This document shows, in pieces, positions 22,663-31,622 of a stretch of 32,000 nt of DNA. The notes beneath the pieces were generated by a model. That model was not told the DNA's origin and ran no database searches. It was given only the letters and a program-made list of their open reading frames with translations. Within the stretch, counting starts at the first letter, position 1, and every line of letters begins with the position of its first letter. Made by a program: the position numbers and the translations under genes. Source of the DNA: Feifaniaceae bacterium (lineage in GTDB: Bacteria; Bacillota; Clostridia; Oscillospirales; Feifaniaceae); the NCBI GenBank assembly GCA_045538835.1, contig JAZQEF010000018.1:320659-352658 (forward strand), written 5' to 3'.

Positions 22663-23217
22663 CTATTTCAAAAATGTTCTGATCAGTATTTCATTTATCC
22701 TTGTATACGGCTGATAGCGCATGGGAAGGTCTATCCACACCTTTTTATCCACAATGCTCTTTTTGTGCGAAAACGTATCAAAACCCGCTTTACCGTGATA
22801 GCCGCCCATTCCGCTTTCACCCACACCGCCAAAGCCCATATGGCTTGATGCAATATGAATTATGGTGTCATTTACACAGCCGCCGCCAAATCCTATCAGA
22901 CCTTTACAATTGTTTTCAAGATAGAGTTTCTTTGCTTCTTCCACATTTGCAACTGTCGGATTGGGTACAGTTTCATCAAATACAGTATAACATATACCCG
23001 CTTTGTCAAGCGTGTCATAAAGTGTCGTAAGCATTCCCATTGAATTGAGTGCAGAATCTGTAACTATAGGCACACTGTCGATGTTTTTTTCTTTAAGTAC
23101 TTTGCCTACATCCTCCGTTGTCCTTATGACAAGCGGATCTCTGTAAGGTAATATCGGTATTGCAAGTTTAAACACTGTCTGAAAAGTCCTGCAATACGCT
23201 TTATTAAGTAAATTCAT
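22663..23217 (-). pseudogene. In-frame chimera: Fe-dependent alcohol dehydrogenase N-terminus fused to an aldehyde dehydrogenase C-terminus
   Basis: MNLLNKAYCRTFQTVFKLAIPILPYRDP..IVTDSAL..VPNPTVANVEEA..CKGLIGFGGG is the Fe-ADH N-terminal fold up to the GGG(S) motif. It is followed directly by CVNDTIIHIASSHMGFGGVGESGMGGYHGKAGFDTFSHKKS..DLPMRYQPY, the C-terminal block of ALDH. Confidence 0.65.
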
Positions 23218-23355
23218 AAAGTTTTCCTCGCCGTCGGTATCTTGATAATCTTTACATCGGTTTTTCAAAAACCGATGATTAAATTATAACCAATACAACT
23301 GTCCCTGTCAAGCAGCGTTGTTGACAAGTCAGTCTCTTTACAATATTATATTTTT

Positions 23356-23880
23356 ATGAATAACGAAATGAAAAACAGATTAAAAAATACGGTAATGAAC
23401 TTTCGTCTGCCGAGATACAGTGAACTTCCGAATGTGGGTTTATATCTTGAGCAGGTGGCAAAGTACATCAACAGTTACATGAATCAAGTCAGCCTATCGG
23501 AAATAACGACATCGATGATAAGCAACTATGTAAAAAAAGGCTTTATCCCCTCTCCGCAGAAGAAGCAGTATTACGCTGACCAGATAGCATATCTTATGTT
23601 TATTACCATCACAAAAAATGTTCTTTCGCTCGAAAACATCGTCGAGCTTTTTGACCTGCAGAAACGGACCTACACTCTGTCTATGGCGTACGATTATTTC
23701 TGCTGCGAACTTGAGAATATGCTCGAATATGTATTCGGTCTTAAAGCCGAACCTGAGAAGAACCTCGGTGTCACCGATACAGAGGAAAAGGACTTTTTCA
23801 GAAACGTTATAATCTCCGTTTCGCACAGTATGTATTTAACCGCATATTTTTCAGAAATAAAGAAAGAAAAAGCGCTCTGA
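23356..23880 (+). CDS. DUF1836 domain protein
   Basis: ..LPRYSELPNVGLYLEQVAKYINSYM..ITTSMISNYVKKGFIPSPQKKQYYADQIAYLMFI. This family commonly neighbours DegV. Confidence 0.7.
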   Translation: MNNEMKNRLKNTVMNFRLPRYSELPNVGLYLEQVAKYINSYMNQVSLSEITTSMISNYVKKGFIPSPQKKQYYADQIAYLMFITITKNVLSLENIVELFDLQKRTYTLSMAYDYFCCELENMLEYVFGLKAEPEKNLGVTDTEEKDFFRNVIISVSHSMYLTAYFSEIKKEKAL

Positions 23881-23892
23881 TGAGCGCTTTCT

Positions 23893-24783
23893 TTATTTAG
23901 CTGGATATTTGAATTTGATTGCATTTTCAACAACATTCACTTCAAGTCTGTCAGTTTGGATCGTTTCTCCATCTATGCAGACATAAAACGGACTGTCTTT
24001 GGTTAAAGTCACCCTTTTTGTCTTGTGAAACTCATAAAGCGCCTTATGCTTTTCGTTTCCGATGATGTTTCCTTTTTTGTAGGCGCCAATTATCGAAATA
24101 AACTTCATACGCGAGAGCGGATATACCGTCATAACATCCATGAGTCCGTCATCGACCTCTGCCACGGATGCCGCATTGTAACCGCCGCCGCAATACTTGC
24201 CATTGGCAATGAGCGTCAGCATAAAATCGCCTTCAAATACATTGCCGTCTTCATATTCTATACGCAGATTCTCCTGAGGAAAACTTGCAAACTGTATCGC
24301 AACACCGATTGTATATGCTATAGACTTTGACATAAACGGCAAACCCCTGAGCTTGTCCACCCTGCGTACAACAGATTCATCAAAACCGATATTGAGCATA
24401 TTTACGCATATCATATCGTTTGCTTTTAAAAGATCTATTTCTTTTGTTACGCCGTTTCTTATATGAGATAGTGACATAAATGCTTCTTTTCCGCCGAACT
24501 GACGTACAAAATCGTTGCCCGTACCCATCGGTATAACGGAAAGCGTGACATTTTTATAACCGTATACCGCATTTGCCGCAAGATTTATCGCCCCGTCACC
24601 GCCACATGCATAGACGCAGAGTTCCTTGCCCGTCTGCGCTTCGCTGCGGGCTTTACTAACGGTATCTTCCCTTGATGCAGATATAAATATTTCATAGTCA
24701 AGGCCGTCACATTCGCGTTCTATCATTTCTATGATTTTATTTTTTTCGGAATTTGCCTTACTGATAAGAAAAAGGTGTTTCAT
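23893..24783 (-). CDS. Diacylglycerol/lipid kinase family protein (YegS/DagK-like)
   Basis: MKHLFLISKANS..VYACGGDGAINLAANA..IPMGTGNDF. GGAG RBS lies 8 nt before the ATG at 24783. Confidence 0.8.
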   Translation of the reverse strand: MKHLFLISKANSEKNKIIEMIERECDGLDYEIFISASREDTVSKARSEAQTGKELCVYACGGDGAINLAANAVYGYKNVTLSVIPMGTGNDFVRQFGGKEAFMSLSHIRNGVTKEIDLLKANDMICVNMLNIGFDESVVRRVDKLRGLPFMSKSIAYTIGVAIQFASFPQENLRIEYEDGNVFEGDFMLTLIANGKYCGGGYNAASVAEVDDGLMDVMTVYPLSRMKFISIIGAYKKGNIIGNEKHKALYEFHKTKRVTLTKDSPFYVCIDGETIQTDRLEVNVVENAIKFKYPAK

Positions 24784-24913
24784 AGCATTTCTCTCCACCA
24801 ACCGATTTACATATACATTATATACATAAAACTGTAATTTGCAAATACCGACAAAAATATGTTTATATACCTCCTGTTGTGTGATAGAATGTTTTTATAA
24901 AGGAGTGTTCATA

Positions 24914-25780
24914 ATGAGTAAGTCAAAAGTGTACTTTACAAAAGAAATCACACCTCAGTCCCTCGTTAAGATATATGAGGCGCTCGGAGTGGAACTCAAA
25001 GGAAAAGTTGCAATTAAGATATCAACGGGCGAACCGGGCGGTCACAATTATTTAAAACCCGCTCTTATTGAGCCGCTCGTTTCAAAACTGTCGGGCACGA
25101 TAGTTGAGTGCAATACCGCCTACGAGGGCAGACGTTATCATACTGAGGATCATTTAAAAGCCATAGAAGAACACGGTTTTAGAGCCATTGCCCCCTGTGA
25201 GATAATGGACAGCGAGGGTGAAGTTGCGCTTCCCGTATCAGGCGGCAAACATCTCACCGAAAACTTTGTGGGTAAAGGATTTTTAAAATATGATTCCATG
25301 CTTATGCTTTCCCATTTTAAAGGACATGAAATGGGCGGTTTCGGCGGTGCGCTTAAAAATATGTCGATAGGTATTGCATCATCTCACGGCAAGGCACATA
25401 TTCACGGTGTCGGTATTCCCGAAGAGTTGTGGACGGCTGACCATGATTCGTTCCTCGAATGTATGGCAGAAGCTGATAAGTCGGTCATGGACCATATGGG
25501 CAGAGAAAATATCGTCTATATCAATGTTGCCAACCGTCTTTCTGTCGACTGTGACTGTAACAACAATCCCAAAGATCCCGAAATGGCAGACATCGGTATA
25601 TTTGCTTCCCTTGATCCCGTTGCAGTTGACAAAGCATCCGTCGATGCGGTATATGCTTCCGATGATGAGGGAAAAGCATCCCTTATCGAGCGAATAGAAT
25701 CTCGAAACGGCATTCACACCGTAAATGTTGCACAGGAACTCGGTCTTGGCACTACGGATTACGAAATAGTAAACATATAA
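24914..25780 (+). CDS. DUF362 domain protein
   Basis: MSKSKVYFTKE..KGKVAIKISTGEPGG..IVECNTAYEGRR..HLKAIEEHGF. AAAGGAG RBS precedes the ATG at 24914. Confidence 0.65.
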   Translation: MSKSKVYFTKEITPQSLVKIYEALGVELKGKVAIKISTGEPGGHNYLKPALIEPLVSKLSGTIVECNTAYEGRRYHTEDHLKAIEEHGFRAIAPCEIMDSEGEVALPVSGGKHLTENFVGKGFLKYDSMLMLSHFKGHEMGGFGGALKNMSIGIASSHGKAHIHGVGIPEELWTADHDSFLECMAEADKSVMDHMGRENIVYINVANRLSVDCDCNNNPKDPEMADIGIFASLDPVAVDKASVDAVYASDDEGKASLIERIESRNGIHTVNVAQELGLGTTDYEIVNI

Positions 25781-25805
25781 AAAGAGGGGTTATCCCCTCT
25801 TTTTA
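25781..25805. terminator. Bidirectional terminator
   Basis: aaagagggg/ttat/cccctcttt with flanking A/T runs. Confidence 0.75.
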
Positions 25806-26063
25806 TAATTTCAGTATAAGTTTAAGTAAAAATAATGCAGCGGTACCCGGCAGACCGAGTATTACAGATATCAGTACTGTCGGCAGATTTATGGCTACGG
25901 CAAAAGATGCTCCCAGCATATTGCTTGCTATCAGCAGACCAACACCGAGCAGACTGTTGAGAAGTGTTCCCACCAGTCTGCGGACAGTTTTGGAGATAAG
26001 GCAGAAAAAAAGCACCAAAAATGCCCCTATAGCGCACAAAAGAAGCAAAACCGTCTTACTCAT
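25803..26063 (-). CDS. bofA: Pro-sigma-K processing inhibitor BofA family protein
   Basis: An 86-aa two-TM protein, ..LNSLLGVGLLIASNMLGASFAVAINLPTVLISVILGLPGTAALFLL. It sits directly downstream of a YaaL-like gene, as in Bacillus. Confidence 0.75.
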   Translation of the reverse strand: MSKTVLLLLCAIGAFLVLFFCLISKTVRRLVGTLLNSLLGVGLLIASNMLGASFAVAINLPTVLISVILGLPGTAALFLLKLILKL

Positions 26064-26274
26064 TTCCCAAATCCCTTATCTTTCTTATAAGCGCATTTTC
26101 ACGGTGAGAGAGTGAGAGTATCTCATATGTAAGTGCATCGATAAGTTCAGGCTCATCAACAAGTTCAAATTCCCTGCGTGCCGCAGACAGTCTGCTCTGC
26201 AGATCACGCAGGGCGCATATCAACTCTTCTCTGGGTGACAGTACCCTTTCTTCACCAAAAAGTCTTTCAAGCAT
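26056..26274 (-). CDS. yaaL: YaaL-like DUF2508 protein
   Basis: ..LRDLQSRLSAARREFELVDEPELIDALTYEILSLSHRENALIRKIRDLG. GGAGGG RBS lies 6 nt before the ATG at 26274. It overlaps the bofA start by 8 nt. Confidence 0.6.
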   Translation of the reverse strand: MLERLFGEERVLSPREELICALRDLQSRLSAARREFELVDEPELIDALTYEILSLSHRENALIRKIRDLGNE

Positions 26275-26337
26275 CCTTATCCCTCCTGTCACATAATATG
26301 AGGACAAGTATGCAAATATGAAACGGCATGCAATAAT

Positions 26338-26769
26338 TTACACGCCGTTTTTATTTTTATATATTATACCGAATACTAAGATGCCAATCGCAGCGCCGGT
26401 AAAATCAATTACTACGTCCTGCACAAGCGAACCTCTGCCCGTGAAATTCTGTATAAATTCATCCGTCACTGCCATCGCAAGCGAGAAAAAGAGCGGATAT
26501 ATCATCTGCACCTTCCTGCCCATAACGGGAAAATAAGTCACAAAAAGCATACCCAGCACAAAAAACTCAAACAGGTGTGCAAGTTTTCGTACTATGACAT
26601 CGAGATTTTCTCCTGTAAAACCAATTGCGCGGAATATTTCGGTGATAAAATCACTTTCCTGCTTAGATGTGTCAGGCGGCATACATGATTGGCTTATAAT
26701 AAATCCTATCCATAGCGCAAGGATAGTAAAATAAATTATCTTCTTTTTCATTTTTATTTCCAATAACAA
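26338..26769 (-). CDS. VanZ family membrane protein
   Basis: ..VRKLAHLFEFFVLGMLF..AVTDEFIQNFTGRGSLVQDVVIDFTGAAIG. The start is uncertain (TTG at 26769/26763 or ATG at 26751). Confidence 0.75.
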   Translation of the reverse strand: MLLEIKMKKKIIYFTILALWIGFIISQSCMPPDTSKQESDFITEIFRAIGFTGENLDVIVRKLAHLFEFFVLGMLFVTYFPVMGRKVQMIYPLFFSLAMAVTDEFIQNFTGRGSLVQDVVIDFTGAAIGILVFGIIYKNKNGV

Positions 26770-26805
26770 CTTCCCTCAACGAGATTTGCATTTTTAGGTG
26801 TGTCT

Positions 26806-28038
26806 TCATCTAAGCAATACATTCTGTGAAAGTTCATTTTTCTTATTCTTTTTCTGTATCAATACAACCGCATAGCCTATTGAAAGAAAAAAATGCATTG
26901 AATAGAGATATGATGATGAAACCAAAAGATGTGCCAGCGACACCGAAACAAACACTATAAGCATACCTTTTTCTTTTTGTGTTTCTGTACATCTGTAACC
27001 TTTAACAAATATCCATGCGACAAACAGTATAAGAGCAACACCGCCAAAAATGCCAAAATGGCATAGCAATTCAAGTATAATGTTGTGAGCATATGTTCCG
27101 TTTCCGTATTTATTGAAGCCTTCAGTTGCAACACGGTCACCCAAAAGTCCGTTTCCATAAAGAGGACTGCGCACTATAGAGTTCCACACTTTTTCATATA
27201 ATACCAATCTTGAAGAATCATCCGCAAGCTCCGAAGCAAGAAACATATCTATAATTCGCGTAGGGATACCCTTTTCAATAAACACGAATTTTATAGATTC
27301 AAACCATCTTGCAATAATACCACTGTAATATAATGCTAAAAATGAGCAAAATGCTGCTGCAGAAACAAAAATAGTAGACATATTGTTACTGTTTATCAAA
27401 ATATAGACAAACAAAAATACAATTATACACAAAAACGGACCGCGTGTTCCCGCAATAAACAGAACTACTATTCCTGTTGCAAAAAACAGAACTCTCCACC
27501 ATTCTTTTTTATTCTCCAACCAGCGATAAAACATATATACTACCGGCAAAATAAAAGAGTAGGCCATATTCATCTCATCAGAAGACAATGTATCCGACAT
27601 ATGCTTTAGAGATATAAGTAAGACCGAACTGAGAATTGCCGCTCTTGACACATAATCAAAGTATTTGTCAAACTTATCAGTATCTGTTATACCCTTAACA
27701 ATAATATACGGGACAAGTGTACTCGTGAATATCTTCCCTGCCAGTTTGTGTACATATACATTAGTACTGGGAAAAAATATATACGACAAGCAAAACAAAA
27801 TTATGTATACTGAAAAGAATACAAAATCCTCTATACGCAGATTGCTTAGTATATATTTCAACGATGCTATGCCAAAAAGCACAAGAGTTCCAAGACATAT
27901 CAATGTATCAATAGAATTTTCACCTATAAACATGGTTGATATATAATTTATGGCAGTAATAAATATATTATTACATACATATAGCGCACAAAATAATTCC
28001 GATGCCGCTATTTTATCTTTATTCTCTAAAGTTCTCAA
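26806..28038 (-). CDS. O-antigen ligase / Wzy-type polymerase family polytopic membrane protein
   Basis: It has 10 or more hydrophobic helices, the ..FIAGTRGPFL.. loop motif, and a large periplasm-side loop containing ..GNGLLGDR..YAHNIILE. Confidence 0.65.
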   Translation of the reverse strand: MRTLENKDKIAASELFCALYVCNNIFITAINYISTMFIGENSIDTLICLGTLVLFGIASLKYILSNLRIEDFVFFSVYIILFCLSYIFFPSTNVYVHKLAGKIFTSTLVPYIIVKGITDTDKFDKYFDYVSRAAILSSVLLISLKHMSDTLSSDEMNMAYSFILPVVYMFYRWLENKKEWWRVLFFATGIVVLFIAGTRGPFLCIIVFLFVYILINSNNMSTIFVSAAAFCSFLALYYSGIIARWFESIKFVFIEKGIPTRIIDMFLASELADDSSRLVLYEKVWNSIVRSPLYGNGLLGDRVATEGFNKYGNGTYAHNIILELLCHFGIFGGVALILFVAWIFVKGYRCTETQKEKGMLIVFVSVSLAHLLVSSSYLYSMHFFLSIGYAVVLIQKKNKKNELSQNVLLR

Positions 28039-28049
28039 AAGAAAGCTCC

Positions 28050-29204
28050 TTATCTATCAAGTCCTATAGCTTTTTTTGCTATTTCCATATAAGAGAAAGT
28101 CTTTATTCCGACACTCTGCGCAACATCCACCATACTTTCGTATACGCCCTCTTTATAAAGTACTTTTTCAAGTACGCCCTTGATATATTCTGTCGAATCT
28201 TCTTCAATAAAGAGGCAGTTTCCGCCCACATCAATATGATCAATACCGTCCCACTTCTTTAAAACCATCGGAAGACCTGTTGCTGCCGCCTGCTCCCAAA
28301 GAACTGAATGTGTACCTGGAAATACCGCAAGGTCAGCCGCAAGAAAGAGATTATATGCAAATGATGAATCTATCCAACCTATCTGTACAATACGTTTGTC
28401 GTCTATCGCCTCAAACAAAGGTTCCATATCAGGTGAGAGTTTGCCAAAAACAATAAGTTTTATCTTACCATCATCCATAGTTTTAATTGCTTCAACAAGC
28501 AGATGAATATTCTTTATTCTGTCTATCTTACCGCCTGTCACCATTAAGAAATCATCATCGGCAATATCATACTGTTCTCTGACAGATGCCCTTATAGTTT
28601 CTTTATTTTCAAAATCAATCTTACTTTCGTCGCCGCCCATAACAAGAAGTTCCGTCTTGTTTACGGGTAGTTTATACACTTCTCTGAGATAGCGCACACG
28701 AAGCGGCAGAACACCCCAAACCATCTCGCAGAATCTTCCTGCCTTACGCACCTGAGTACCCCAGATTACCGTATGCAATAGCCTGCGTTTAAAGGTATTT
28801 ATTGGTGTATTTACATAGTCGCCGTGCTGATCGGCGTATATCCGCACATGTTTATGTTTTTTCTTGTATTTTTTGACTTCACCCATAGAAAATGACTGAG
28901 TGCCGTGAATATATATTATGTCAGGGCCGTATTCCTCAAGTCTTTCACACAGACCGTCATATCTCTTGAACATTTCGTTATACTTACCCTTTTTGTAAGG
29001 CAACACAGTAACCTCGATACCGTCACGATTTACATATGTTCCAACTTCCTTTTTGCCTATAGTGCCATCCGGATTAAAAGTATACGTATTACAAAAAACC
29101 TTGACTTCGTGACCAAGTTGTTTATGTTTTCTTGGAAATACATTCTCCTGATATTCGAGATTTTCAACAAACTGACATCCTGCGCAAAAATGAAGTATTT
29201 TCAT
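28050..29204 (-). CDS. Glycosyltransferase, GT-B fold (GT4-like)
   Basis: MKILHFCAG.. at the N-terminus and ..FPGTHSVLWEQAAATGLPMV.. (an E-x7-E-like block) at the C-terminus. GGAGG RBS lies 5 nt before the ATG at 29204. Confidence 0.75.
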   Translation of the reverse strand: MKILHFCAGCQFVENLEYQENVFPRKHKQLGHEVKVFCNTYTFNPDGTIGKKEVGTYVNRDGIEVTVLPYKKGKYNEMFKRYDGLCERLEEYGPDIIYIHGTQSFSMGEVKKYKKKHKHVRIYADQHGDYVNTPINTFKRRLLHTVIWGTQVRKAGRFCEMVWGVLPLRVRYLREVYKLPVNKTELLVMGGDESKIDFENKETIRASVREQYDIADDDFLMVTGGKIDRIKNIHLLVEAIKTMDDGKIKLIVFGKLSPDMEPLFEAIDDKRIVQIGWIDSSFAYNLFLAADLAVFPGTHSVLWEQAAATGLPMVLKKWDGIDHIDVGGNCLFIEEDSTEYIKGVLEKVLYKEGVYESMVDVAQSVGIKTFSYMEIAKKAIGLDR

Positions 29205-29285
29205 ATCTGCCTCCAAAAACGCATTGTTTTAAATTGCTTATAGTTAAATTAATTATATCATATTAAATATTTTTTGTATATATAA

Positions 29286-29311
29286 AAAGACCGAATTAAC
29301 ATTCGGTCTTT
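29286..29311 (-). terminator. Hairpin overlapping the stop of the HAD gene
   Basis: aaagaccgaat/(ta/gt)ta/attcggtcttt palindrome followed by a T-rich tract on the minus strand. Confidence 0.55.
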
Positions 29312-29940
29312 ACTATTTTCAGCGCATCTAAAAGCGTATCACATATCTCATATGCCTTTTCTCTCATCTCGTCAGTCGGCGGCAATCTGTCGGGAATCAT
29401 AAATGCCCTGATACCTGCCGCATATAACGCGCGGACACCGTTATATGAATCTTCAAAACCTATCGCTTCACACGGTGAAACGCCCACCTTTTCACAGGCG
29501 TAAAGATATATATCGGGATTTGGCTTGCCGTTTACAACGCTTTCACCGCCGATAATACAGTCAAAATAATCTATAAGCCCCGCCTCTGTTATCTCTTTTT
29601 CCACTATTTTTGAAACCGTTGATGAAACGACCGCAAGTTTTATCCCCTTATTTTTCAAATAGGACAACATCTCCTCTATGCCGACTTTTTTTGCTATGCC
29701 GTCACGAGCCATACATTCATACTGATGGGCAAGCATTTTGTCATGAATATGCTCACCATCTTTGCCGTAATGCTCGATAAATATCTTATCCGCAACTGTT
29801 CTGTTTACACCTATCACAAGAGGCGCTACATCTTTTATATTTTTCAGACCGAGATCTCTTCCCACTATCATTGCCGAGCGCAAAAAAGCGCTCTCAGTAT
29901 CGAGAATAAGCCCGTCCATATCAAATAATGCTGCTTTCAT
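29296..29940 (-). CDS. HAD-IA hydrolase (beta-phosphoglucomutase/phosphatase-like)
   Basis: MKAALFDMDGLILDTE..VVSST..GKPNPDIY..FEDSYNGVRALYAAG. Confidence 0.8.
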   Translation of the reverse strand: MKAALFDMDGLILDTESAFLRSAMIVGRDLGLKNIKDVAPLVIGVNRTVADKIFIEHYGKDGEHIHDKMLAHQYECMARDGIAKKVGIEEMLSYLKNKGIKLAVVSSTVSKIVEKEITEAGLIDYFDCIIGGESVVNGKPNPDIYLYACEKVGVSPCEAIGFEDSYNGVRALYAAGIRAFMIPDRLPPTDEMREKAYEICDTLLDALKIVKTEC

Positions 29941-30009
29941 TAAATCACCCCTAAAATAATAGCATTTTTCACGCATCTCTTCAATATACTTTTTACAGAG
30001 GTGGAAAAT

Positions 30010-30795
30010 ATGAGGTTATTTATTCTGAAAAAGAAACATCTTCTCCCTATATGCGGAGTACTTCTGGCAATAGGAATAGTCTGTGCAGTCGGACTGACAG
30101 GCAGAGATACGGCTCAGACTGCAGCTGTTAAACGAGAAGTACCAATTTACTGTGTCGCTACCGACGATAAGAAAGTTGCACTCAGTTTTGACGCCGCATG
30201 GGGTAACGAGGATACAGAACTTCTTATTGAGATTTTAGGAAAAAACAATGTTCCCGCAACATTTTTTGTTGTCGGCGAGTGGGTGGATAAGTATCCCGAA
30301 AGCGTGAAAGCCCTATCCGATGCAGGCCACGATATTATGAACCACTCCGACACACATCCGCATATGCCGCAGTTATCGGCAGAGCAGATGAAAAGCGAAA
30401 TAAATAATTGCAACTCCAAAATCGAATCGGTAACAGGAAAATGTCCCACTCTTTTCAGAATGCCGTACGGCGATTACAACGATCTTGTTGTAAAAACTGT
30501 CGGAGAGGTGAATATGTATCCTATTCAGTGGGATGTAGACAGCCTTGACTGGAAAGGTCTCTCTGCCGACGAGATCTGCAAAAGAGTGACATCAAAAGTC
30601 AAAAACGGTTCTATAGTCCTTTTTCATAACGCTGCAGAAAATACGCCTGCCGCGCTTCCAGGCATCATCGAAACACTTAAAAATGACGGTTATGAGTTTG
30701 TAAAAGTCTCCGATTTAATATATAAAGATAACTACAGCATAGATAATGCAGGTGTTCAACATATGAATTCATCAGATGAAAATATATCTGAATAA
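30010..30795 (+). CDS. Polysaccharide deacetylase (CE4/NodB homology) with N-terminal membrane anchor
   Basis: ..KKVALSFDAAWGNEDT..ATFFVVGEWVDKYPE..AGHDIMNHSDTHPHM..FRMPYGDY..WDVDSLDW. GAGGTGG RBS lies 5 nt before the ATG at 30010. Confidence 0.85.
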   Translation: MRLFILKKKHLLPICGVLLAIGIVCAVGLTGRDTAQTAAVKREVPIYCVATDDKKVALSFDAAWGNEDTELLIEILGKNNVPATFFVVGEWVDKYPESVKALSDAGHDIMNHSDTHPHMPQLSAEQMKSEINNCNSKIESVTGKCPTLFRMPYGDYNDLVVKTVGEVNMYPIQWDVDSLDWKGLSADEICKRVTSKVKNGSIVLFHNAAENTPAALPGIIETLKNDGYEFVKVSDLIYKDNYSIDNAGVQHMNSSDENISE

Positions 30796-30800
30796 AATAA

Positions 30801-30826
30801 AGAACTCCCACAAGGAGTTCTTTTTC
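30801..30826 (+). terminator. Terminator after the deacetylase gene
   Basis: agaactcc/cacaa/ggagttct followed by a T-run. Confidence 0.7.
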
Positions 30827-30835
30827 TGTGTAACA

Positions 30836-31519
30836 TTACTTTCTTTTAAGGTCAGCATAAAGCAGATCAACGAACACTATGCCAAGCGGTATAAGCGTCA
30901 ACCATATCGTTTTTCCGCCGACATAGCGGCAGACAAGCGCCGACACCGCCGCGCCCAGCACAAAAAAGACCAGCATACGTATATGTACAAAAACCTGTGT
31001 TTTTGAAGCACCGTCACGTTGTTTTAAACAATGCGCAACCGCAACCCCCGTCTGCCTCAGATGATTTGTGCAGAAGGTGGTCGCCATCGGAATTCCCTCC
31101 GCCTGTCTGAAGGTATTGTACTGCATAGAACATATAAAATTTATAGTTATCTGAGATATCTGGTAAGGCACACTGTCGGGCAGAGCCCCGATGCCGAGTA
31201 TCAGCAACATTTCAAAGAATATCAATGCCGTATCCCAACGGATGATAAACTTTTCTTTGAAGGTGTCGGGAAAAATTTCCGACACCACCGCACCCAAAAA
31301 ATATGCGCTCATCGGAATAAAGTAGTACAATGCCTTAAACCACTGCCCTTTACCCAAAGACACGGCAAGCAGAACAAAATTCGCCGTCTGCGCATTACAG
31401 AAAACTCCACCTTTTAGCGAAACGGTATATGCACCGTAAAATCCCGACACAAAGATCAGTGCCCAGTATATCCAATGTTTTTCACATTCAAGATATTGTA
31501 AGTTCTTTTTTTCTATCAT
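30836..31519 (-). CDS. YoaK/DUF1275 family membrane protein
   Basis: ..SGFYGAYTVSLKGGVFCNAQTANFVLLAVSLGKGQW.. plus six hydrophobic helices. Confidence 0.7.
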   Translation of the reverse strand: MIEKKNLQYLECEKHWIYWALIFVSGFYGAYTVSLKGGVFCNAQTANFVLLAVSLGKGQWFKALYYFIPMSAYFLGAVVSEIFPDTFKEKFIIRWDTALIFFEMLLILGIGALPDSVPYQISQITINFICSMQYNTFRQAEGIPMATTFCTNHLRQTGVAVAHCLKQRDGASKTQVFVHIRMLVFFVLGAAVSALVCRYVGGKTIWLTLIPLGIVFVDLLYADLKRK

Positions 31520-31622
31520 AATTGATCTCCGCTAGTATATCTATCGAGATATTATATACCATATCATTACTTTTTTAAAGACTTTTCTGAATATAGTGTA
31601 CTTTTGCGGAAAATATAACTCT

